A DNA stretch of 36,313 nucleotides, from assembly GCA_039714075.1 (NCBI GenBank), contig JBDLKA010000028.1, positions 1 through 36,313 of the forward strand, given 5' to 3'. The notes under the pieces are model-generated. The model was not told the origin of the DNA. It did not search any database and saw only the letters and a program-made list of their open reading frames with translations. Shown piece by piece: positions 26,343 through 35,386 of this stretch. This DNA comes from Candidatus Krumholzibacteriota bacterium. Its GTDB lineage: Bacteria > Krumholzibacteriota > Krumholzibacteriia > LZORAL124-64-63. The first letter of the stretch is position 1. Each line of letters opens with the position of its first letter. A program made the position numbers and the translations under genes.

Positions 26343-29102
26343 TCACCGGATGACCACGAACCGCCCCTGGAAATCCTCGAACCGGTCGTCGTCCGATTGC
26401 ACGGTGTACAGGTAGATGCCGCTGACCACTTCCTGCCCGTTGCGCGACACCAGGTTCCAGAAGGCGCCGCCACCGCCGGTGAGGCCGTTGTGGGAAATCG
26501 TTTCCACCAGGTCGCCGCTGGCGGTGTAGATCCTGATCATGTTGTGGGCGGCGGGCAGGTTGTTGAACATGACCTTTTCGCCGGTGGGATCGTTGGCCGA
26601 AGGCGGCTGCTTCTGGAATTCGGCCAGGGCCTCGCGGGTGGCCGGGTTGGGGAAGACATAGATGTTGGTGCCCATTTTCGCGCGCATCTCGGCGGTCTGG
26701 GCGACAGGAGCGGGCGTGGCCGTCTTGAAGGTGTTGCCCGGGTCGGACCCGATACCGGGTCCCGAGGGCACCCATTTGTCCTCGTCCCAATGCAGAGCGT
26801 GGTCCGTGGCGACAATGGAATAGTAGGTGGTGAATCCGTCGTGCACTTCCCGGTCGTAGTGATGGTAGTAGCGGGTTGAACGTTTGCCGATCACGCCGGT
26901 ATCGGCTGCGCGAGGTGTTACGGCGAAGAAAGTGTCCAGGACCGCGGGCCAGGCCTCCCACCGGATGAGGATTTCCCGCCCGGGAATGACCACGCCCTGG
27001 GAGTCCCGCAGGGGCGGCCTGGTGACGAAATTACCGGCATGATCGGCTTCGACGAAGGTGCGCATGTCCTGGTCCAGGCCCGCGAAGGTGGGGTTGCTCA
27101 GACAGGGCGGCGTGTAGACGGCCGGCTCCAGACCGGTGTTGAGCCCCAGCGCCCGGCGCGTTTGTGCCCCCCCGATGCCCGGTGGGATGAAGTTGATCAC
27201 GTCATATACATCAATCAGGCCCCACTTGTAGGACTCGGGTCCAAGACGGTCATCGGTTCCCGCGGGACGGGCCCAGTCGGCGACCCGCCAGATCTGGTAG
27301 GATTCGAAATCGATCACATTGCGCAGGAAATCAGGATCGTATTCGCTGATGTCGTCCCACAGGATTTCCACCATGTCATGGCCGGGCACCAGACGCACGT
27401 TCGGGGGAGCGGGAGGCCTTTCCTCGTTGCCGATCCAGGGCACGCGTGTTTCGCGGCCGCCATAGCCCGTATAAATCCTGGCGTAGGGGTATCTGACCCG
27501 GTCGAAGTTTCGGCCGGCCGACCAGTAAAGCCCGTTCTCGGCGGTGCAGTCCTGTCCTGCCGCCCGGAAACATTCTTCACAGTTGTCGGCGTTGACGTAC
27601 CAGCACTTGCGACCATCGGTGTCGAAAAAACTGCCGGCGCTGGAGAGATACTCGTAGCCGAATATCGCGCCCGATCCCACGCAGGTTTCATCGGGAATCC
27701 AGTAGCGGTAACGGAGAAGGCGCTCACCACCGGATTCAAGCGGGGGCAGATCCCCGACGCAGACCTTGGTCTCCATGCCGCTCCGGCCGGTGGTAAGGTT
27801 CTGGTCGAGGTCGTAATAGCGGCCACGAACAATTTCGGCCGCCTTTACGGCGTTGGCCAGCATTCCCGCCTGTCCGTTACCGACCACCATGGCCAGCCGG
27901 TAGTCCAGTTTCTGGCCGGGTTTGATGAAGTTGAACGGCCCGCTGGAGATCAGGTATTTCAGGTCGCCGGGCTGGTCGAGGCGGCGGTCCGGATCGTGCT
28001 GGTTGCGGGACATGAGGTAGTACCGGTCTTCGTCCGATTTGGGTTCGCCATCCTGGTTGAGGCGGGCATTGGTGGCGAAAATCTGGTAGGAGCTGACCTT
28101 GGGCCGGTGGGGCGCCGTGGTTTGGCTGAAATCGGTCTTGTGATCGAGAAGAATGGTGCCGAACCAGCCCGGTAGGGGGTTGGAGGGATCGGCATCCCTC
28201 ATCCAGGCGAGCTGGATCCGTTGAAAGGCTCCGTCGCTGCCCCGCACGGCCCCGTTGTAGAATCCCGCCAGGTCATCACTACCCGCTGAGATCTCGCTCC
28301 GGCGCTGGATGTCGCAGTCGACGTAAAAGCCCAGGTAGACACCGTCTAGGGTCTTGAAGCCCCGGTTGTGAATCTCGTAGTCGAAAATGACGATGTTTTC
28401 CAGATCCTCGCGAAACCAGGTGGCCGAGTGCTGAACGACGCTCAGGTTGATGGGGTTGTGCTCGGGGTAGATTTCCCCCGCCAGGGCCGTGTTGTCATAC
28501 ATGGTGCAGGTGAACATCTGGTCGCCCAGCTGGCCGAAGTCCTCATCCACTTCACCGTCCTGGTCGTCGTCATGGCCGTTCAGGAAATCCTCGTCGTATT
28601 GAAGGTCATGGTCATCATCGGCGTTGGGGTTGGGCAGGCGGTTGCCCGTGGCGACGTCCGACGGCCAGGGCCTGAGGACTTTCCCGTTGCGGGCCTCGTA
28701 TATGGTGTCGAACAATTCCAGCCCCGGCCGCAGTTCGCGTTCCGGCTGGCCCGTCGACACGGCGGGTTGGCCGTTCACCAGGCCTCCGATCCACAATCCC
28801 GCTCCCCAAAGGTATTCGTTTCCCGATCCACCCGGCCACTCGCCCGAGGGAGCCGAACTGTAGGGAAGGGTGGTCGTGAATTGGGAGCCGATCAGTCCGT
28901 GATTGGTGATGTTGATATGCAGCTCGCCCACATCCATGACGTAGGAACCGTCCAGGACATGGATGCCGTCCGGCGTGATGGTTTCATCTTCCCGCAGGTC
29001 TTCGTCGGTTTCGCACAGGACGGACCCCGGCAACAGGATCCCCAGGGCAACCAGAAGACCCAACGCCAGGATTCGGCCCGGCGAGGAGTGGGCAAACATC
29101 AT
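26343..29102 (-). CDS. Large secreted protein of unknown function, paralog 1 (same architecture as 23440..26193)
   Basis: Collinear with the downstream paralog over its whole length; tail ...SGIYLYTVQSDDDRFEDFQGRFVVIR. Confidence 0.87.
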   Translation of the reverse strand: MMFAHSSPGRILALGLLVALGILLPGSVLCETDEDLREDETITPDGIHVLDGSYVMDVGELHINITNHGLIGSQFTTTLPYSSAPSGEWPGGSGNEYLWGAGLWIGGLVNGQPAVSTGQPERELRPGLELFDTIYEARNGKVLRPWPSDVATGNRLPNPNADDDHDLQYDEDFLNGHDDDQDGEVDEDFGQLGDQMFTCTMYDNTALAGEIYPEHNPINLSVVQHSATWFREDLENIVIFDYEIHNRGFKTLDGVYLGFYVDCDIQRRSEISAGSDDLAGFYNGAVRGSDGAFQRIQLAWMRDADPSNPLPGWFGTILLDHKTDFSQTTAPHRPKVSSYQIFATNARLNQDGEPKSDEDRYYLMSRNQHDPDRRLDQPGDLKYLISSGPFNFIKPGQKLDYRLAMVVGNGQAGMLANAVKAAEIVRGRYYDLDQNLTTGRSGMETKVCVGDLPPLESGGERLLRYRYWIPDETCVGSGAIFGYEYLSSAGSFFDTDGRKCWYVNADNCEECFRAAGQDCTAENGLYWSAGRNFDRVRYPYARIYTGYGGRETRVPWIGNEERPPAPPNVRLVPGHDMVEILWDDISEYDPDFLRNVIDFESYQIWRVADWARPAGTDDRLGPESYKWGLIDVYDVINFIPPGIGGAQTRRALGLNTGLEPAVYTPPCLSNPTFAGLDQDMRTFVEADHAGNFVTRPPLRDSQGVVIPGREILIRWEAWPAVLDTFFAVTPRAADTGVIGKRSTRYYHHYDREVHDGFTTYYSIVATDHALHWDEDKWVPSGPGIGSDPGNTFKTATPAPVAQTAEMRAKMGTNIYVFPNPATREALAEFQKQPPSANDPTGEKVMFNNLPAAHNMIRIYTASGDLVETISHNGLTGGGGAFWNLVSRNGQEVVSGIYLYTVQSDDDRFEDFQGRFVVIR

Positions 29103-29189
29103 AATCAGAATATACCCCTGGAAAGAGCGATCTCAACAGGGTTGCCGTGATTCGGTCGAGGGGGCGAAATCCCGGCCACCAACAATATC

Positions 29190-29218
29190 AAACTAGGGAA
29201 ATCAAGGGTTCGGGTCAA
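29190..29218 (-). promoter_or_regulatory. Sigma-70-type promoter of paralog 1
   Basis: TTGACC-N17-TAGTTT on the minus strand. Confidence 0.62.
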
Positions 29219-29253
29219 AAACAGATTGCCCCAAAGCCTGTCGAACTAGTCGG

Positions 29254-30357
29254 TTATCCGGATCCGTCCGGATCGCCGCCGACGGATTCCCCGCTGGTCG
29301 CGCGGCCGGGCGGAAGGACATCCCGGAACACCACCCCGTAGATTTCCCAGATGGTGACGAACAGGGCGGCCACGATCGGCCCGAGGATCAGTCCGAGCAC
29401 CCCGAACATCATGATGCCGCCCATGGTGCCCAACAGGATCAGCAGGTCGGGCATCTGGGTGTCCTTGCCCACCAGGCGGGGCCGCACCACGTTGTCGATG
29501 CTGCCGACGACCAGCCCGCAGAAGATCGCCAAACCAACACCCTTGGCCATGTGTCCGCCCGCGATCAGGATCGCCGCCGCGGGCACCCAGATCAAGCCCG
29601 TGCCGATACCGGGAATTACCGAGAGGACAACCATCAACGTGCCCCAGAACACGGCGCTGGGAATTCCGACCACCGCGAAGGCGGCGCCCGCCAATCCGCC
29701 CTGCAATATGCCGATCACCGCGGTTCCCTTGAGGGTGGCCCGGGTCACGGAACTGAATTTGTCGAGAAGGCGTCGCTCTTCCTGGTCTTCGAGGGGCAGG
29801 TAATAAAGGATGAGGTCGATTAGCTTGCCGCCGTCCATGAGGAAGAAATACATGCTGTAGAGCATGATCATCAGCATGAACAGGAAATGGACCGTCCCGG
29901 TGGTGGCGTGGGACAGGTTGTTGATCAGGAATTTGCTGAGAACGCCCACCATCTGGCCGGCGCGCGTCAGGATGTCGTCCTCGTAGGGGGCGATCCTGTC
30001 GTAATAGGGCAGGCCCTGCATCCAGACGATCACCTTGTCGGGATTGTTGATCTTGTCCTGGACCCAGGGTGAAATCGATTCGCCCACCTTGATGGCCTCG
30101 CCGGTGACGATCCCCAGCAGTAAGCCCAGCGGGAGGATGATCACCAGCACGATCATCAACAGGGTGACGATGGAAGCGGCGGAACGGCGTCCCTTGAACC
30201 ACCCGGTGACCCGGTGGTATACGGGCTGGGCCAGGGAGGAAAAGATGCCCGCCAGCAGCACGGCCATGATGAAGGGCTTGATCATGGACAGGAACGTCAG
30301 GGTGATGGCCCCCACCAACAGCAGCAGGAAGGCTTTGCTCGCGGTCGTGGTCGGCAT
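29254..30357 (-). CDS. AI-2E family transporter (UPF0118)
   Basis: YFFLMDG; S.IPGIG..L.WVP; IDN..RP.LVG; GG...FG..GLILGP. True start MPTTTASK follows GGAGG. Confidence 0.92.
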   Translation of the reverse strand: MPTTTASKAFLLLLVGAITLTFLSMIKPFIMAVLLAGIFSSLAQPVYHRVTGWFKGRRSAASIVTLLMIVLVIILPLGLLLGIVTGEAIKVGESISPWVQDKINNPDKVIVWMQGLPYYDRIAPYEDDILTRAGQMVGVLSKFLINNLSHATTGTVHFLFMLMIMLYSMYFFLMDGGKLIDLILYYLPLEDQEERRLLDKFSSVTRATLKGTAVIGILQGGLAGAAFAVVGIPSAVFWGTLMVVLSVIPGIGTGLIWVPAAAILIAGGHMAKGVGLAIFCGLVVGSIDNVVRPRLVGKDTQMPDLLILLGTMGGIMMFGVLGLILGPIVAALFVTIWEIYGVVFRDVLPPGRATSGESVGGDPDGSG

Positions 30358-30374
30358 GGACGTCCTCCGTGGTT

Positions 30375-31091
30375 TCAGTCGGTCAGGAAGTATTCCAGGG
30401 TCGCCACCACCCGGATTTTCTTGATGTGGGGCGTATTGCTGTCCCGATCGTTGATGGAAAACTGACCCTGCCGGGCCTTCCTGATCTTGCCCAGGTTGCT
30501 GTCCGAATCCCGGGCGAATTTTTCGGCCACCTGGCGGGCGTTGCGGGTGGCTTCCTCGATCATGTCGGGTTTGAAATCGTTCAGGCGGGTGAACAGGAAT
30601 TGCGGCCGGGTGTCGTAATCGCCGCTGCCGACGGCGACGCCCTGCTTGCCCAGGTCCACCAGGCGGGTCATGGCCGCCCGCACGCCTTCGATGTTGCCCG
30701 AATAGACGGTGATCGTGGAACTGCCCTGGTAGCGGAAACCGTCCTGGGGGCCACCGAAGCGCTGGGCGCGGCGATCGACGACCGCGGGGGTGCCGACGGT
30801 TATTTCGTCGTCGTTGAACCCGTTTTCCCGCAGGAAGGCCAGCACCTGGCCCGACTTCTTCTCCATTTCGGTGCTGAGAACGGCCAGATCGTTGTCCGCC
30901 AGGTCGAAGCGGATGGGCCAGATGGCGACGTCCGCGGCCACCTCGCGCTCGGACAGGCCCTTGGCCGTGACCGTGCGGTCCAGCGCCCGGAATTTCACCA
31001 CGCCGCCGGCGATGAAATGGCCCAGCAGGGCCAGGCCGACGCAGATGGAAATCCCGAGAATGAGAGCTTCGCCGTAACGTTTGCGTTCCAT
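30375..31091 (-). CDS. SIMPL domain (DUF541) periplasmic protein
   Basis: RTVT.KGLSEREV.AD.AIWP; KP.MI.EAT.NAR..A.KFA.DS.S.LGKI..A.QGQFSI; KK.RVV.T.EY.L. Confidence 0.9.
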   Translation of the reverse strand: MERKRYGEALILGISICVGLALLGHFIAGGVVKFRALDRTVTAKGLSEREVAADVAIWPIRFDLADNDLAVLSTEMEKKSGQVLAFLRENGFNDDEITVGTPAVVDRRAQRFGGPQDGFRYQGSSTITVYSGNIEGVRAAMTRLVDLGKQGVAVGSGDYDTRPQFLFTRLNDFKPDMIEEATRNARQVAEKFARDSDSNLGKIRKARQGQFSINDRDSNTPHIKKIRVVATLEYFLTD

Positions 31092-31264
31092 GATCTTCCC
31101 CCGTTTCCGATTGGCTGTCCGCCGATTGCCCCCGACCATACCGGAAGCCCCGGGCACGGTCAACCAACCGGGGATTCAGCGGCGGGTTGGCGGCCCGGGC
31201 GAATCCTGCTAGATTCCTGCGGTTGTTTTGAACCGGGTTCGAACCCCAATCCAAGGAGACCGCC

Positions 31265-31771
<507 letters not shown>

Positions 31772-31792
31772 TTTTCCGAGGATCATTCGTGG

Positions 31793-31826
31793 AAGAGGGG
31801 CCCCCAGGTCGGGGGCCCCTCTTTAT
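31793..31826 (+). terminator. Rho-independent terminator
   Basis: AAGAGGGGCCCCC-aggtc-GGGGGCCCCTCTT-TATT. Confidence 0.85.
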
Positions 31827-31853
31827 TCCGGTTCCAGCCATGCGGCCGGCGAT

Positions 31854-31883
31854 TTGACAATGGACATCCAAAAATGGTAGGAT
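31854..31883 (+). promoter_or_regulatory. Sigma-70-type promoter
   Basis: TTGACA-N18-TAGGAT with TG extension. Confidence 0.6.
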
Positions 31884-31935
31884 TTTTGCAAGGTCCTATC
31901 CCAAATATTTACCTTCATCCCCAAGGAGAAAAGTC

Positions 31936-32550
31936 ATGAAAAAGTTGGTATTGATTTTTGTGGTCAGCCTCATGGCATCCTCGGCCTTTGCGGGGCTCGA
32001 TCCGAACAACGACATGATGGGTATCTACTTCTCCCCGAGTGGGGAAAACTATTGCCTGATGGCTCCAATCAACACTCCATTCGACCTCTACCTGATCCTG
32101 GCCAACCCGACCTCGCCCAGCATCAACGCCTACGAACTGGGCCTTGATGTCGAGGTTCCTGCCGGAATGGAAGGTATGGTCTTCAGACTGGCCTCCAACA
32201 TCGCGGACAATGTCGTCTCCGGAGTCGACGTAGGCACCAACGGTCCCCTGGGCGGGGATTTCATCGTCGGCCTGGCCTCTCCGCTTCCGGCCCAGGAAGC
32301 CCTGATTCTGCATTCCTGGCAGTACATGTTGCTGGGTACGTTCCGGATGGACATGTTCATTGGCGCCTCCTCGCAACCTTCGATCCCTGGCGATTTGCCG
32401 GTGGTCCAGAACGCCGAGGGATCCATCCTGATGCAGGTCCACGTGACGCCCAGTTGGGATGGCAATGGATCTGCCGCGATTATCAACCAATGCCCGCCTT
32501 CGGCCGTTGAAGACGCCAGCTTCGGCAGCGTTAAGAGCTTGTATCGCTGA
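31936..32550 (+). CDS. Secreted hypothetical protein with C-terminal 'VEDASFGSVKSLYR' motif
   Basis: RBS AAGGAG; Sec signal ending AFA|G; beta-rich body with two Cys; short amphipathic tail. Confidence 0.85.
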   Translation: MKKLVLIFVVSLMASSAFAGLDPNNDMMGIYFSPSGENYCLMAPINTPFDLYLILANPTSPSINAYELGLDVEVPAGMEGMVFRLASNIADNVVSGVDVGTNGPLGGDFIVGLASPLPAQEALILHSWQYMLLGTFRMDMFIGASSQPSIPGDLPVVQNAEGSILMQVHVTPSWDGNGSAAIINQCPPSAVEDASFGSVKSLYR

Positions 32551-32570
32551 TGGGCATGAGCCGGGTTTCC

Positions 32571-32607
32571 GGGGATCTGTCCATGGCCAAGGCCTTGACG
32601 GGTCCCC
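32571..32607. other. Intergenic hairpin (possible terminator or mRNA stabiliser)
   Basis: GGGGATCTGTC...GACGGGTCCCC 11-bp stem (2 G-U pairs) enclosing GGCC-aa-GGCC. Confidence 0.55.
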
Positions 32608-32719
32608 AAAACATGGATAAAATCCGTCTGCCTTTGTAACATCATTTTTGTTGGTTTTGTGGGGTTGAAACCCCGCTCTGCCAACCGGTACACTCAAAAT
32701 TCGCCCTGGAGGGAAACGA

Positions 32720-33175
32720 ATGTTCAAGGAATTCAAGGAATTCGCGATGCGCGGCAACGTGATGGATATGGCCATCGGTATCGTCATCGGCGCAGCTTTC
32801 GGAACCATCATCAAATCCCTGGTGGCAGACGTGATCATGCCACCTGTCGGAATGCTCCTGGGGGGCGTTGATTTTTCCAACATGTTCATGGTTCTCAAGG
32901 AGGGCGCCGAGGCCGCGGGGCCCTACAACGCCCTGGCCGACGCCAAGGCCGCCGGTGCGGTCACCCTGAACTACGGCGTTTTCATCAATACCATCATCAG
33001 CTTCATCATCGTGGCCTTCGCGGTTTTCATGCTGGTCAAGGGCATGAACAACGCCAAGCGCAAGGAAGAGGAAGCGCCCCCGGCCGAGCCGACGACCAAG
33101 TCGTGCCCGATGTGCCAGAGCGAAATCTCCATCAAGGCCACCCGGTGCCCCATGTGCACTTCGGAAGTGGGTTAG
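32720..33175 (+). CDS. mscL: Large-conductance mechanosensitive channel with C-terminal CxxC...CxxC tail
   Basis: [33 protein letters not shown]......F.IVAF. Confidence 0.96.
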   Translation: MFKEFKEFAMRGNVMDMAIGIVIGAAFGTIIKSLVADVIMPPVGMLLGGVDFSNMFMVLKEGAEAAGPYNALADAKAAGAVTLNYGVFINTIISFIIVAFAVFMLVKGMNNAKRKEEEAPPAEPTTKSCPMCQSEISIKATRCPMCTSEVG

Positions 33176-33208
33176 ATTTCCATCCTGCCTGACGTTCTGC
33201 CTTATGTT

Positions 33209-33240
33209 GCGGCCGCCTGTATCCGGGCGGCCGTTTTTTT
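33209..33240 (+). terminator. Rho-independent terminator of mscL
   Basis: GCGGCCGCCTG-tatc-CGGGCGGCCGT followed by a T-tract. Confidence 0.88.
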
Positions 33241-33251
33241 GCGGCCGGGAG

Positions 33252-34301
33252 TCACGCCTCCGCCATCGCGGCCATGGCTTCGGGTTTCTCGTGCCACAAC
33301 CGGTGGCATGCGCTGCAAAGCGTGATCAGGTTTTCCGGCCGGTTGCTGCCGCCACAGGCGCGCGGTTCGACGTGATGGACTTCCAGGAACTTCGTGTGTC
33401 CGCAACCCGCCGTTCGGCAGCGGTGGCGGTCGCGGGCCAGGACCATCATTCGTGTTGTGGGCGGGATGGTGGCCGTGTTGCGCCTGCCCGGTGTGCGAAT
33501 CCGGGAGTCACAACTCGCGCGCTCAATAACCTCTTTTTCTACAATCAGTTCCCCTTTTGAAGTCGGCACCGAAGCCTGGCCGCAGTCAGGGCACCGGTGG
33601 ACATGGACCTGAAACGCCGGCCCATTTGTCAGGGCCCCCCGGGGGGCCTTTTCCTCATCCGAAACATTTCCGGCCGCGACCAGTTCGGCCATGGCTTCGA
33701 GCAACATTTCCGCACGGCTGCCCACAGGGCCCTGCAGGTGGAGTTTTTCCAGCATCACTTCATAGCGCGCGAACTGCTCGGGTGTCATTTCAACAGAAAG
33801 GCGAACCGGAACAGACGCGGCGGGAATGTTCCCCTGTTTTTCATCCGGGACCAATTCCGCCTGACCGGGACTGGCCTTGGCCTTTCGCCGGGCCCGACTC
33901 CGGGCGTCGGCGACCTTGCGTTCCAATTCTCTCCGGGAACTCGCCTCGGCTTCCTCGACCCATCCCAGCTCGGTTTCCGGCGTGGCGACCTTCACGATCT
34001 CGCGGGCCTTCGTGTAGCCCAGTTTTCCCATTGCCACGGATTCCCGCACCTCGGGCAACTGCTCCAACCTGCGGGCCAGTTGGACGAAGTCGCCCGTCCG
34101 CGTTTTAGAAAATTTCAATTCGACAAGCGCGTATTGGTTGATGGAAGCGTAACCCAGTTTCCTGTACAGCCTGCGGTGCATGATTTCGCTGAACCACAGG
34201 ACTGCGCACTGCTGTGCCTGTTCAACCGCGTCCACGGATTTCTTGAGGGCCGCGTCGGCGAACCGGGCGGATTTGTTGGGTGCAAACGGGGTGATTTTCA
34301 T
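33252..34301 (-). CDS. HNH endonuclease with DUF222-like helical N-terminal domain
   Basis: C-terminal RD..RC...GC.....LEVHH.......GG.N...NL.TLC..CH; N-terminal RRLY..LGY.S...Y....L...LP......G.L...KA; internal HRCPDC. Confidence 0.88.
   Translation of the reverse strand: MKITPFAPNKSARFADAALKKSVDAVEQAQQCAVLWFSEIMHRRLYRKLGYASINQYALVELKFSKTRTGDFVQLARRLEQLPEVRESVAMGKLGYTKAREIVKVATPETELGWVEEAEASSRRELERKVADARSRARRKAKASPGQAELVPDEKQGNIPAASVPVRLSVEMTPEQFARYEVMLEKLHLQGPVGSRAEMLLEAMAELVAAGNVSDEEKAPRGALTNGPAFQVHVHRCPDCGQASVPTSKGELIVEKEVIERASCDSRIRTPGRRNTATIPPTTRMMVLARDRHRCRTAGCGHTKFLEVHHVEPRACGGSNRPENLITLCSACHRLWHEKPEAMAAMAEA
33633..33652. repeat. Palindrome GGCCCCCCGGGGGGCC(TTTT), intragenic arm of an inverted repeat pair
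   Basis: Perfect 16-bp palindrome at 33633-33648. The reverse complement of 33635-33652 equals 34432-34449. Confidence 0.8.
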
Positions 34302-34343
34302 GGCTCGGTCTCCCTGGATAGAGGCTGCATGGGAGGTAGATCA

Positions 34344-34372
34344 AGTATAGTCTGAAGTCGGGCGAAAAACAA
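34344..34372 (-). promoter_or_regulatory. Sigma-70-type promoter of the HNH gene
   Basis: TTGTTT-N17-TATACT on the minus strand. Confidence 0.6.
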
Positions 34373-34431
34373 GCAAAAATCCTCAATAACACATTATTAT
34401 TTCTATAGTTAATGATTTTCAAAAATCGCCC

Positions 34432-34453
34432 AAAAGGCCCCCCGGGGGGGCCT
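34432..34453. repeat. Palindrome (AAA)AGGCCCCCC-G-GGGGGGCCT, upstream arm of the inverted repeat pair
   Basis: Read directly from the sequence; lies beyond an AT-rich tract upstream of the HNH promoter. Confidence 0.8.
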
Positions 34454-34616
34454 CGATCCCCAGCCCGAATCACCCTGATCCCAGGGCTTTTTCCTTCTCT
34501 CCGGAACCATTTTCACCACCGTGCATTCCAAACCAGGTCACTCTTCCCCGCCTGGCGGCAAAGTGAATCTTTCGCAGACTCGAGTAGAGAGGAATCGGAT
34601 GCCCGGAGGTCCGCTG

Positions 34617-35249
34617 ATGATAAAAATTCTCGTAATGGCCACCCTGTTGCTGGGATCGGTGGCCCTGTTGACCAATATCCTGCCCGCCTACCGCCACAGT
34701 CTCCGTTCCCGCAAGATGCTCGGCACCGTCAAGAGCCCCATCGCGATGGTGGTGGCGCTGACCGGTCATGAAGATTCCATTGGTGCAGGCACCCCGCTGC
34801 CCGACCAGGAAAACGGGAAAATCCGCAAGACCGAAGAGGAATGGAAGGCCGAGCTCACCGAACAGCAGTACCAGGTGACCCGCTGCAGCGCCACCGAGCG
34901 GCCCTTCACCGGGAAGTACTGGAATCACGAGGAAGACGGCACCTACCTCTGCGTGGGCTGCGGCCAGGAGTTGTTCGCCTCGGACACCAAGTACGATGCG
35001 GGCAGCGGTTGGCCCAGCTACACCAAGCCGCTGGATGGGGAAGCGGTCGCCGAGATCAAGGACATCAGCTACGGGATGGTGCGCACGGAAATCATCTGCA
35101 GCCGGTGCGAGGCCCATCTCGGGCACGTTTTTCCCGATGGGCCGCGTCCGACCGGAAAGCGGTACTGCATCAATTCGGCCTCCCTGGATTTCGTGGAGAA
35201 GGGCGGGGATAATGCCGTGACCGGGAGGGGAAATTCCCCCGGCGATTGA
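34617..35249 (+). CDS. msrB: Peptide-methionine (R)-S-oxide reductase MsrB with N-terminal hydrophobic extension
   Basis: TERPFTG.Y; CVGC; KYD.GSGWPS; CSRC.AHLGHVF.DGP.PTG.RYCINS; RBS GGAGGT. Confidence 0.95.
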   Translation: MIKILVMATLLLGSVALLTNILPAYRHSLRSRKMLGTVKSPIAMVVALTGHEDSIGAGTPLPDQENGKIRKTEEEWKAELTEQQYQVTRCSATERPFTGKYWNHEEDGTYLCVGCGQELFASDTKYDAGSGWPSYTKPLDGEAVAEIKDISYGMVRTEIICSRCEAHLGHVFPDGPRPTGKRYCINSASLDFVEKGGDNAVTGRGNSPGD

Positions 35250-35273
35250 CCTGACCGCTCCGCTGTCTATAAT
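35246..35273 (+). promoter_or_regulatory. Sigma-70-type promoter
   Basis: TTGACC-N16-TATAAT overlapping the msrB stop codon. Confidence 0.65.
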
Positions 35274-35320
35274 TCCCTCAAGGACAGTTGATTGCAGGGA
35301 CGGATAACGGAGGTGCTGCT

Positions 35321-35383
35321 TTGAAAGACGTGACCGCGACCATTCCCGGGGGCACCGTCATCGAACCCGCCGCCGAGCTGTAA
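35321..35383 (+). CDS. Putative 20-aa small ORF MKDVTATIPGGTVIEPAAEL (leader peptide or gene remnant)
   Basis: GGAGGT at 35309-35314; TTG start 6 nt later; GC3-rich codons; TAA lies 3 nt before the next ATG. Confidence 0.4.
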   Translation: MKDVTATIPGGTVIEPAAEL

Positions 35384-35386
35384 TCA

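Noticed and set aside
23440..29102. Tandem paralogs as an assembly artefact or a DGR target pair
   Set aside because: The copies differ throughout by substitutions and indels, both ORFs are intact, and no reverse transcriptase is present.
31793..31826. GGGGCCCCC...GGGGGCCCC as a third copy of the HNH-associated palindrome
   Set aside because: Different sequence with a 5-nt loop, positioned as an ordinary terminator after the cyclophilin gene.
33100..33160. CPMC...CPMC zinc-ribbon-like tail on MscL as a novelty
   Set aside because: Such tails are common on MscL proteins in many bacterial lineages.
33207..33250. TTGCGGCCG repeated around the mscL terminator as a target-site duplication of the HNH element
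   Set aside because: Both copies lie on the same side of the HNH gene, and I found no matching copy on the msrB side.
35160..35249. Selenocysteine recoding in msrB suggested by the hairpin near its 3' end
   Set aside because: The catalytic codon is TGC (RYCINS) and there is no in-frame TGA before the normal stop.
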